NCBI GenBank assembly: GCA_028826165.1 | Contig: JAPDFW010000064.1 | Coordinates: 434,001-498,000, forward strand | DNA from: Anaeramoeba ignava BMAN | Taxonomy: Eukaryota; Protista; Anaeramoebae | Reading direction: 5' to 3' | DNA length: 64,000 nucleotides | Shown: positions 13,798 to 25,174 of the stretch, piece by piece | Numbering within the stretch: the first letter of the stretch is position 1 | Layout: the number at the start of each line of letters is the position of its first letter | Made by a program: the position numbers and the translations under genes | Notes under the pieces: generated by a model | What the model was told of the DNA's origin: nothing | Databases searched by the model: none | Seen by the model: only the letters and a program-made list of their open reading frames with translations

Positions 13798-16426
13798 ATG
13801 AATTTTTTAAAATCAAATATTGCAAGTTGGATAAGATCTTTTGAAGAAAAGAATCAAAAAACACTTCTAACAAAAACAGAAGAAAAGTTAATTCAAAAAC
13901 ATCCATTTTTCTTTGAATTTCAACTTTTCACACCAAAGAAAATTGAATTTGAAAAAATATTAGAATTTTCTTCATATTTTTATTATCGAGTGAAAGTAAA
14001 TATGAGCTTTTTTATTTCTACATTTTTTATTGAAAATTATGTTATGGGTAATTCAGGAGAAATCAGTGCTTTTTCATTAAATCCTCTTGATCGAGGAGAT
14101 TCGTTTTGTATTTTTCCGAAGGGTAACAATGAATGAAAATTATTTCTTTTTAATTTTCAAAAACAAACAAACAAACAAACAAACAAACAAACAAACAAAC
14201 AAACAAACAAACAAACAAACAAACAAACAAACAAACAAACAAACAAACAAACAAACAAACAAACAAACAAACAAACAAACAAACAAACAAACAAACAAAC
14301 AAACAAACAAACAAACAAACAAACAAACAAACAAATTTTGATTGTTCTGTTTCTTTTATTCAGGTCAATTAAGATTAATGCTTTGCAAGTCAACTTATGA
14401 AAAATTAGGATTAACAGGAAAAATATTGAAATTCCCAAATTATCAACAAAAAGGGAATGAGAGTTTTATTGTTGAAATTAATTTAACAGATGTGAAATTT
14501 CGACCTGGGAACAAGTTTTATGAACGAGTTCTGTGGTGTTTTAAAGATAGAACAGAAGATTTTGATTGTCTTTTAATATTTATTGAAGGTTTATTTAAAT
14601 ATTAATTTGAATATTAATTTGAATTTTAATTTTAATTTTAATTTTATTTTTATTTGAATATTAATTTAATTTGATTTGATTTGATTTGATTTAATTTTGA
14701 TTTGATTTGATTTGATTTTGATTTTGATTTGATTTGATTTGATTTAATTTGATTTGATTTGATTTGATTTGATTTGATTTGATTTGATTTGATTTAATTT
14801 GATTTTGATTTGATTTGATTTGATTTGATTTGATTTGATTTGATTTGATTTGATTTGATTTGATTTGATTTGATTTGATTTGATTTGATTTGATTTAATT
14901 TTGATTTGATTTGATTTGATTTTGATTTGATTTGATTTGATTTGATTTAATTTTGATTTTGATTTGATTTGATTTGATTTGATTTGATTTGATTTGATTT
15001 GATTCGATTTGATTTGATTTGATTTGATTTGATTTGATTTAATTTGGATTTTGATTTGATTTGATTTGATTTGATTTGATTTGATTTGAATTTGATTTGA
15101 TTTGATTTGATTTAATTTGATTTAAATATTAATTTAAATATTAATTTATATATTGATTTAATTTGATTTGATTTGATTTAATTTGATTTAAATATTGATT
15201 TAAATATTAATTTAAATATTAATTTAAATATTGATTTGATTTGATTTTAATATTGATTTAAATATTAATTTAATTATTAATTTAAATATTAATTTAATTT
15301 AATTTGATTTGATTTGATTTGATTTGATTTGATTTGATTTAATTTGATTTGATTTGATTTGATTTGATTTGATTTGATTTGATTTTGATTTGATTTAAAT
15401 ATTAATTTAAATATCAATTTAAATATTAATTTGAATATTAATTTAAATATTAATTTAAATATTAATTTGAATATTTATTTGAATATTGATTTAAATATTG
15501 ATTTTAATTTTGATTTGATTTGATTTGATTTGATTTAAATATTTATTTAAATATTGATTTTAATATTAATTTAAATATTGATTTTAATATTGATTTAAAT
15601 ATTAATTTAAATATTAATTTAAATATTGATTTGATTTGATTTAATTTGATTTAATTTGATTTGATTTGATTTGATTTGATTTAATTTGATTTGATTTGAT
15701 TTGATTTGATTTGATTTGATTTGATTTGATTTGATTTGATTTGATTTGATTTAAATATTTATTTAAATATTAATTTAAATATTGATTTGATTTGATTTGA
15801 TTTGATTTGATTTGATTTGATTTGATTTGATTTGATTTGATTTGATTCGGCTCGAAATAGGATCAAAAACAATGCCAATAGAATTTCCTCAAGAATATAA
15901 ACCTGAAAAGAAAATTCTTCATTTCGAACAAAATACATTCCAAAATATTCAAATTCCAAATTTAACAGAAGATTTATTCAGTAATTTGTTATCAAATGAT
16001 CCAGAAATATCAAAACAAACACTTCTTGAATTTTATGAATGGATTGGATTTCTCTCAAATAATGCTTTGAATCCATTACAAAAAGAAGAAGAAGAAGAAG
16101 AAAAGAAGAAGGAAAAGCAAATCAATTTCCCAGAAATATATTCAAATCTTACAGAAAATATTGAATTTACTTCAAATAATATTTACAGTTATAAATTAAA
16201 AGGATTTTTAATTCCACAAATTTTATTCTTAATTATTCAACAAATGATACAATTTGAAGATTTTTTTATTATAAATTCTTTTGGATTTAGAGATTCTTTA
16301 ATTTCTTGGCAAAATAATTATCATAAATTTAATATAAATGGAGAGAATGACTCAACATTTATATTTTTTACAAAAAGGAAATTAACTATCAGTTTTATTT
16401 CAACTGGAATTTATATTAATTTTTAA
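13798..16426 (+). CDS. RPP40: RNase P/MRP subunit Rpp40, 3 exons
   Basis: Exons 13798-14122, 14364-14588 and 15861-16426. FCIFPKGQLRLMLCKSTYEKLGLTG...FIVEINL...KFYERVLWCFK, EFYEWIG and GFRDSLISW...H...GEND resemble the conserved Rpp40 blocks. Confidence 0.82.
14159..14334. repeat. Perfect (AAAC)n microsatellite in RPP40 intron 1
   Basis: About 44 uninterrupted tetramers. Confidence 0.95.
14600..15847. repeat. (GATTT)n plus (TTAAATATTAAT)n compound repeat in RPP40 intron 2
   Basis: Lies inside intron 14589-15860 (GT...AG). Confidence 0.92.
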
Positions 16427-16995
16427 ATAAAAAAAAATTAAATAAAAAAAATTATCCAAATTTTAAATTTTAATTTAATAAAATGATTTAAAATTAAAAG
16501 TATAATAAGATCTTTATTAATTTCTTCAATTTTTTAATTAATTTTTTTGATTAAATTTAATTAAAAAAAAAAAAGATCTTAACCATTATTTATATTTATA
16601 TATAAATATTTTTTCTTATATATAAATTTTTATATTATAAATATTTTTTTTAATATAAAAAAATAAAAAAAAGAATGATGTATTTTAAAATAATATTTGC
16701 CATTTTAAATTGGTTATTTAAATAAAATTTTAATTTAAAATTTAATTTAAAATTTAATTTAAAAGGGGTTTTTTTAAATAAAAAACAAATAAAAACAAAA
16801 AAAAAAAAATTTTTATTTTTCATTTTTTTTCTTTCTCTTCTTTTTATATTTTTTTCTTATTTTTTTTAAAAAGCAAAAAAAAACAAACAAACAAACAAAC
16901 AAACTTTAACACTTTTTGCATAAAAAACAAAAGACAAATTAATTAAAAAAAAATTTTCTTAATTGCACTTATTTTAATAACAACAAAAAAAAAAA

Positions 16996-19900
16996 ATGAA
17001 ATCTGTATTTTTTTTATTATTATTTTTACTACCAGTCATTTTGACATTAACAGAATGGAAACTAACTGACATTCTACCAAAAGAATCAGAAACAAGAATG
17101 GGTTTTGGACATAGCGTATCAACAGACGGTGCACGTATTATTATAGGCGCTCCGATAGAATATGCACCTCACACATTTTATGGATCAGCAGAAGTTTTTG
17201 CTTACAACGGAACAAACTGGGTTCACGAAGCAAGTTTCGAGCCTCCAGATCCAACAAAATTTGACATGTTCGGTTATTCAACAGCAATTTTGGGGGATTA
17301 TATTGTGATTGGTTCACCAACAACTTCGATGGCAAATAAAAATCCCGGCAGCGCTTGGGTGTATAAATTTTCGGGATCTTCTTGGGATCTTTTGATGGAG
17401 TTGACCAGACCAACTCCTTTAGATACTGATAATTTTGGATCGTCGGTTTCTTTGAGTTCTAAGTTTCTTGTTGTTGGATCGCCTGCAGATAAAAAGGTTG
17501 AATCATTTGTTTACATCTACGCCAGAAATGGAGACAATTTCGACTTGGTTCAAGAAGTGAGTGTTTCCGGTGCTGATGACAGCTTTGGTTTCAGTGTCGC
17601 TATCAATGAGGAAAATGATGATATTGTGATTGGTTCGCCATTTTCCACTCCCGGAGAGGCTTATGTTTACCAGAAAGTATCCGGTCAAAATCAATGGGTC
17701 TTGAAACAGCAATTATCTGGAAGATCATCTTCGCGTTTTGATTGGTTCGGCTACAGCATGCAAACAAGAGGCACTCTTCTTGTTGTCGGGTCGCCCATTG
17801 ATCTTTTCAAAGGTGCTGTGTTTGTGTATGAACGAATTGACGGTGTCTGGGAAAAGAAACAGATCCTCGTTTCCGACATTAAGAAAAACACTCAATTCTT
17901 TGGTGAGAGTGTTGCTGTTTTTGATTCATATATCGCTATTGGTGCTCCCTCAATTCTCAAACACGAGCCCCAATCCGTTCGTTCTGTTCGGTGCTCTTCT
18001 GGTTTTGGATCTGCTTTTATTTTTGAGCGTGAATCCGGTGATTGGGTTCAAGTTGCTAAACTTGATGAAGTTACCCCTCATTATGCTGCTTATGGAGTTT
18101 CTGTTGATATCTCAGACGATTTCATTATTGTTGGTGCCGATGGAACAAATTCATCTAAGGTTTATTTAGGAAATGCTTTTCTTTATACTAAAAACATAAC
18201 CTGTCCAACACCAACCCCCACACCAACTACATCACCAAGTCATTCATGTTCACCATCATGGTCACCATCTTGTTCACCATCTAATTCACCATCTAATTCA
18301 CCATCTAATTCACCATCATGTTCACCATCATGGTCACCAAGTCATTCATGTTCACCTTCTTGTTCACCTTCTTGTTCACCATCTAATTCACCATCTAATT
18401 CACCATCTTGTTCACCATCATGGTCACCAAGTCATTCATGTTCACCTTCTTGTTCACCATCTAATTCACCATCTAATTCACCATCATGGTCACCAAGTCA
18501 TTCATGTTCACCTTCTAATTCACCATCTAATTCACCATCTAATTCGCCATCTTGTTCACCATCATGGTCACCAAGTCATTCATGTTCACCATCTAATTCA
18601 CCATCATGTTCACCTTCTTGTTCACCATCATGGTCACCAAGTCATTCATGTTCACCATCTAATTCACCTTCTAATTCACCATCTAATTCACCATCTAATT
18701 CACCATCATGGTCACCAAGTCATTCATGTTCACCTTCTTGTTCACCTTCAACATTACCATCTAATTCACCATCATGTTCACCATCATGGTCACCAAGTCA
18801 TTCATGTTCACCTTCTAATTCACCATCATGTTCACCATCATGGTCACCAAGTCATTCATGTTCACCTTCTAATTCACCATCATGTTCACCATCAGTAATT
18901 CTATTTTCATTCTTTCTTGTTTTCAATATCATTGCCATTCACCTTCACCAGATTCACCTTCATCTTTAATTCTGTTCACCTTCATGTTCACCATCTAATG
19001 TTCCATTCATCATTTCATCATTCACCATCATGGTCATTCAGGTCATTCAATTTTCAGCATCACCTTTCGTAACCTTCACCATCTAATTCACCACATCTAA
19101 TCATCATGTTCATGGTCACCATCAACATTCACCAATTCATGTTCACCATCATTCATTTTCAATTCACCTTTGTTTTCACCATCTAATTCACCTTCTTGTT
19201 TCGCATTGTTTTAATTTTTTCAATTTTAAATCACCATCTTCATTCATTCATCTATTTCTTTTCTTGTTCATCTTTGATTCGCCTTTTGTTCACCATCTAA
19301 TTCACTGGCCTTTCATTCACCATCTAATTCACATTTCATCTAGTTTCACCATCTTAATTCACCTTCTTGATTCTTCCTTTCTTGTTTCCCATCTTTCCAA
19401 TTCCCATCTTTATAATTCACCATCAGTTCACCATCTAATTCACCATCTTGATTCTCCATCATCTAATTCTCATCTTCTCACCATTAATTCACCTTTCTTA
19501 ATTCTTCATCCATTTCCATTCTCATTTTCAATTCACCATCTAATTCACCATCTAATTCACCTTCTTATTTGTTTTCTATTTCAATCCATTCATCTTTTCA
19601 ATTCATCTAATTCACCTTCTTTTTTATCATTCACCTTCTAATTCACCTTCTATCTTTCACCTTCTTGATTTCTAATTGTTTCATGCCATCATGGTTTCTT
19701 AATTTCACCTTCTACTCATCTAATTCACCCTTCTATTTTCATCTCCACAATACAATTCTTCCATTCATTTCATCTATTGTTCCTTCAATTCTCCATCTAA
19801 TTCACCATCTAATTTCCATCATGTTTCACCATCATTCATGTTCACCATCATTAATTTCACCATTCTTATAACAAATCTTAATTTCCATCTAATTCATTCA

Positions 19901-21894
19901 TCTTTTCAATTCATCCATTCATTTCCATCTAATTCACCATTTCAATTTTCGCCATCTTCATTCTCCATCTTATTTCACCATCTTCATGTTCTAATTCACA
20001 ATCTTTTTCTTCCTATCTTCATTTTCACCATTTTTTCACATCTAATTTACCATTTGGTTCTTTTGATTCACCCATCCTGATTCACCATCTTCATTCATCC
20101 GCAATCTTCATTATTCCATCCAATTAATTAATTTCTAATTTTGTTTCATCAGCATCATTTCATTATCCGTGCCATCTGCATCTCCATTTCGGCATTTCTC
20201 CATTTCTATCTTGGATTCATCCATCGGCATCATTCCATCATTCACCATTCCATCAGCATCTCAATCTCCATTAACATTCACCATCATCATCCACAATACA
20301 TCTAAAATCAGCATCTCTATCAATATTCTCCATCGGCATCATCAATATTCCATCTCCATTCATCATCAATATTCTCATATTTCAATATTTCAATATTTCA
20401 CCATCTATTCACATTTCATTCTTTTCATTATCAATATTTACATTCGCCCATCAATATTTCACCATCACAACATTCATCATTTCTTCGCCCTTTAAATTTC
20501 ATTCTCCATCGACATGCTCATTCAGCATCGCCTTCAGCATCTCCATCCGATTCTCATCATCTGGCATCTCCATCGGCATCTCCATCAGCAATTTCATCTC
20601 CATCAAATCGGCATTCCATCAACAATAACATTCTACCATCAATATTTCATCAAATATCTCCATCGGCATTCTCTATCAATATCTTCGTCAGCATTCCATC
20701 GGCATTCATCAATCATCATCTCCATCTTCTTTTCATTCACCATTCTAATTCACATTCCAATATTTCTTCGGCATCATCAACATTTCTAATTCATTTCCAA
20801 ATTCTTTTCAACTTACCATCATTATTTTCAATTTCGTCTTTTCGCATTTTTTCAAATATCGCCATTCAGCAATTAAATTTTCTATTCTAATTTTCAATTC
20901 TTTTAAATCACCATTTCATTTCAATTTCAGATTCCCTTCAAATTTACCTTTTTCTAATTTTACCATTCTTCCATCTAATTCTTTTTAATTCACCATTCAT
21001 TTTCAATCTAATTTCATTTCTAATTCACTTTCAAATTTACCATCAAATTCAATTCTAATTCATTTTATTCACCTCAATGATTCATTTTCAATTTCTCAAT
21101 TCACTTTTCAAATTTCACCTTCTTATTTCACTTTTCAAATTCACCTAATTTTTCAAATTCACCTTCTAATTCAAATTTCAATTCACTTTTCAAATTTCTT
21201 TTTCCCTAATTCAAATTTACCTCTTTTAAATTCATCCTTCAAATTCGCCTTCACAATTCACCATCTCAATTCTTCAAATTCACCATCAAATTTCTTAATT
21301 TTCTAATTCACCTTCCAATTCAAATTTTTCTACAATTCACCATCAAATTCACCTTCAAATTCACCTTCTAATTCACCTTCAAATTCACCTTCAAATTCAC
21401 CATCTAATTCACCATCTAATTCACCTTCTAATTCACCTTCAAATTCACCTTCTAATTCACCTTCTAATTCACCTTCTAATTCACCTTCTAATTCACCTTC
21501 AAATTCACCTTCTAATTCACCTTCAAATTCACCTTCTAATTCACCATCAAATTCACCTTCAAATTCACCATCTAATTCACCTTCAAATTCACCTTCTAAT
21601 TCACCTTCTAATTCACCTTCAAATTCACCTTCTAATTCACCTTCAAATTCACCATCAACATCTCCATCTAATTCAACTTCACCTTCAATTCCACCAAACC
21701 CATCAACAGGAGCAACTAATAAATCAGGAGAATATTATATTGGGTTGATTCTTGCTTTATCATTTGGAATTCCATTAGGAGCTTTCTTGATAGCAGGAAG
21801 TGTTGTTTATTTCCACAAGAAAAGAAAACCAAGACCAACAGATGGCGAAGATGATACCGATTTTGCATATGAAATGGAGTATCACAAACTTTAA
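16996..21894 (+). CDS. Type I membrane protein: signal peptide, 7 FG-GAP repeats (beta-propeller), long Ser/Pro stalk, TM helix, YxxL tail; the middle of the stalk is unreadable
   Basis: Seven FGxSV...GAP/GSP blades lie in 17090-18190. SPS[N/C/W] repeats run to ~18895, the repeat is garbled from 18895 to 21330, and a clean frame resumes at 21307-21894 with (SPSN)n, [27 protein letters not shown] and [25 protein letters not shown]. Confidence 0.8.
18205..21700 (+). repeat. Coding 12-bp minisatellite (TCACCATCTAAT-type) encoding SPSx
   Basis: Clean at both ends and degenerate in the centre. Confidence 0.85.
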
Positions 21895-22073
21895 ATCATC
21901 TTTTTAATTTTCTTCTTAATTTTTTTACTCTTTTTTTTTACTCTTTTTCTATCGTTTTTTTGTTTTGTTTTCCTTTCTTTTTTGAATTAAAAAACACAAT
22001 CAAAAAAAAAACAATTTAAAATTTTTTTCATTTTTCATTTTTCATTTTTCAAATTCAATATAAAAAATAAAAA

Positions 22074-24022
22074 ATGAGTACAAAAGAAAGTCGATTAATT
22101 TTAAAGTGTATTAAAAAACAAAATTGGGATAAAATGAAAGAAGTTTATAAAGGAAAATGGGAAGAAATTGATAAAGCGTTAGGAAGTTTAATTGGAGCTG
22201 GAATAGGAGATTCAACAGGATCACGATTAGAATTTCTCGGACATAAACCAAAAGAAGAAGAAGTGAAAGAAGCACTTTTGATGCCTGGAGGAGGAATTTG
22301 GGGGGTTAGTTCAGGACAACTAACTGATGATACTGAAATGGCACTTTCTTTAGCTCATGCTCTTGTTAATCCTATAAATACTTCCAATTCTAAATTCAAT
22401 ATAAACTCAATTGCTTATTATTATTCTTTCTGGTTTAAATCTAAACCTTTTGATATTGGAAATACTACTAAAAAGGCTATTTCTTTTATTTCTAATCTTA
22501 ATCCTACTGATCCTAATTTGGCTAATTTAATGATCCAAAATTCTTTGAAAGTTAATATTAAATCAAAAGCAAATGGCAGTTTAATGAGAGCTACTCCATT
22601 AGCTATTTGGGGTTATAAGCTTCCTGTTTTGTAAATTCAAATAAAAATTGATTTTGGAATTAAAATTAAAATTAAAATTCATTTTGAAATTAAAATTCAT
22701 TTTGAAATTAAAATTCATTTTGGAATTAAAATTAAAATTAAAATTCATTTTGAAATTAAAATTAAAATTAAAATTAAAATTAAAATTAAAATTCATTTTG
22801 AAATTAAAATTCATTTTGGAATTAAAATTCAAATTGAAATTAAAATTAAAATTAAAATTAAAATTCATTTTGAAATTAAAATTAAAATTAAAATTAAAAT
22901 TGAAATTAAAAATTAAAATTAAAATTAAAATTCATTTTAAAATTAAAATTAAAATTAAAATTAAAATTGAAATTAAAATTAAAATTCATTTTAAAATTAA
23001 AATTAAAATTCATTTTAAAATTAAAATTAAAATTAAAATTAAAATTGAAATTAAAATTAAAATTAAAATTCATTTTGAAATTAAAATTAAAATTAAAGTT
23101 AAAATTCATTTTGAAATTAAAATTCATTTTGAAATTGAAATTCAAAATTAAAATTAAAATTCATTTTGAAATTAAAATTCATTTTGAAATTAAAATTCAT
23201 TTTCAAATAAAAATTGATTTTGGAATTAAAATTAAAATTAAAATTCATTTTGAAATTAAAATTCATTTTGGAATTAAAATTAAAATTCATTTTGAAATTA
23301 AAATTCATTTTGAAATTAAAATTCATTTTGAAATTAAAATTCATTTTAAAATTAAAATTAGACAACTAGCAGAATGTGCAAAAAGAGAATCACAATTAAC
23401 ACATCCAAATCCAACATGTTGTGATGCAGTTGCAAGTTATGTAATTGCATGTTCGCATTTAATCACTAATCAAGAAGACAACAAAGGAGCATTCAATAAA
23501 GCATATAATTGGGTTAAAAATCAAGGAAACAAAGAAGTTATTGAATGGTTAGATTTAGCAAAACAAGATATAAATATTCCATTTTATCCTGAACAAGGAT
23601 TTATCAAAATTGCTTTTATTCATGCTTTTAGACATCTTTTTCTTGGAACTGATTTTCTTCAAGCTTTGAAATGTATTTTAGAAGGTGGTGGTGATACAGA
23701 TACTAATGCCGCTATTGTTTGTGGTCTTTTGGGCGCTTTTCATGGCATTTCTCGTCTTCCTCATCATATGGTTTCTACTCTTTTAAATTGCAATTTCCAA
23801 AATGGTGTTATTCGTCCTTTGGAATTTCTTCCTTCTTTAATTCCTTATTATGTTAGAGTTTTATTAGAAAAAGCTCCTGATGATTTAGAAAAAAAAGAAA
23901 AAGAAAAAGAAAAAATCCAAAATTTAAATCAAAATTTAAATCAAATCCAAAATTTAAATCAAGAAAATAATCTTTATGTTAATTTAGAAATTCTTGATAA
24001 AATTCAACATAAAGAATTATAA
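22074..24022 (+). CDS. ADP-ribosylglycohydrolase (ARH/DraG family), 2 exons
   Basis: Exons 22074-22630 and 23362-24022 (phase-2 intron). Motifs GAGIGDSTG, GQLTDDTEM, FDIGNTT, NGSLMRATP, LTHP, GGDTDTNAAIVCGLLGA. Confidence 0.92.
22640..23358. repeat. (AAAATT)n / (AAATTAAAATTCATTTTG)n repeat filling the ARH intron
   Basis: Lies between GTAAAT (22631) and TTAG (23361). Confidence 0.9.
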
Positions 24023-24280
24023 TTTCCTTTCTTTTATAAAATTCAAATGTAATAAAATTAAAAATTTCTTTCATTCATTTTTGTTTTTATTGAATTGAAA
24101 TTGAAATGGAATTGAAATTGAAATGGAATTGTTTTGTTTCCTAAAAATCAATCAAAAAAAAAATGAAAAGAATGGAAAAAAATTAAATTGAGAAAATCAA
24201 ATGAAATGGAAAGAAAAAAAGAAATTTGATTTGAAATTTGATTTGAAATTTGAAATGAAATTTGAATTAAGATTTTGGAA

Positions 24281-25049
24281 TCATTTTTCCATCCAATTTT
24301 TGAATTCTTCAAAAGTAATTTTGCCATCTTTGTTTCCATCCATTTCATCAAATAATTTTTTGGCTTCTTCATCAGTAACTTCTTTTCCAAATAAATCATT
24401 CGCATACAATTTGATTTCAGAAAAGTCAAGGAATCCATTTTTATTCTTATCGATTGCTTCAAAAATTGATTTCAAACCTTTTTTTTTTTTTTTAAATTAA
24501 ATAAAATTAAATAAAATTAAATTAAATTAAATTAAATAATATTTTGGATAATTTTACTGATTGGTTTTTTCTCTTTAACTTCAGCATGTTTTAAATGAGT
24601 TGCATCAAATTTCTTAATATCTTCCTTAAGTTTCATTTCTATTTATTTTTTTATTTATTTTATTTTTTTGATTAGATTTTTTTTTTTTGGAATTTTAATT
24701 TTTAATTAAATTTACCTTCAAGTTGTGGGTTTTTCTCTTTAACTTCAGCATGTTTTAAATGAGTTGAATCAAATTTCTTAATATCTTCCTTAAGTTTCAT
24801 TTCTATTTATTTTTTTATTTATTTTATTTATGATCAGATTAAAAATTTTAATAAGAAAAAAAAAATGCGAAAAATTATTTTTATTTGATTTTAATTTGAT
24901 TTTTATTTGATTTTAATTTGATTTAATTTTAAATTAATTTTACCTTGAAGTTGTGAATTTTCCTCTTTAACTTCAGTGTGTTTAAGTTGGTTTGATTTAA
25001 ATTGTTGAATTTGTTCTTGAAGTTTTGGATCAGCTTTATTTTCAGTCAT
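24281..25049 (-). CDS. 156-aa protein: three beta-thymosin/WH2-like actin-binding repeats plus an EF-hand pair, 4 exons
   Basis: Exons 25049-24944, 24802-24716, 24638-24558 and 24477-24281 total 471 nt, with all three introns phase 1. Repeats: LQEQIQQFKSNQLKHTEVKEEN, LKEDIKKFDSTHLKHAEVKEKN, LKEDIKKFDATHLKHAEVKEKK. EF loops: DKNKNGFLDFSE and DGNKDGKITFEE. Confidence 0.85.
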
Positions 25050-25174
25050 TTTTTAATTTGTTTTTGTTATTAAATTTAATTGAAAAAAAAAAATGAAAAA
25101 TTAAAAAAAATTAAAAAAAAAAACTTTAATCAAAAAGCAAAAAAAAATTTTTTTTGTTTTTTTGCTTTTTTTTT

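Noticed and set aside
19264-20789. His/Ile/Phe-rich ORFs
   Set aside because: Off-frame readings of the garbled SPSx repeat.
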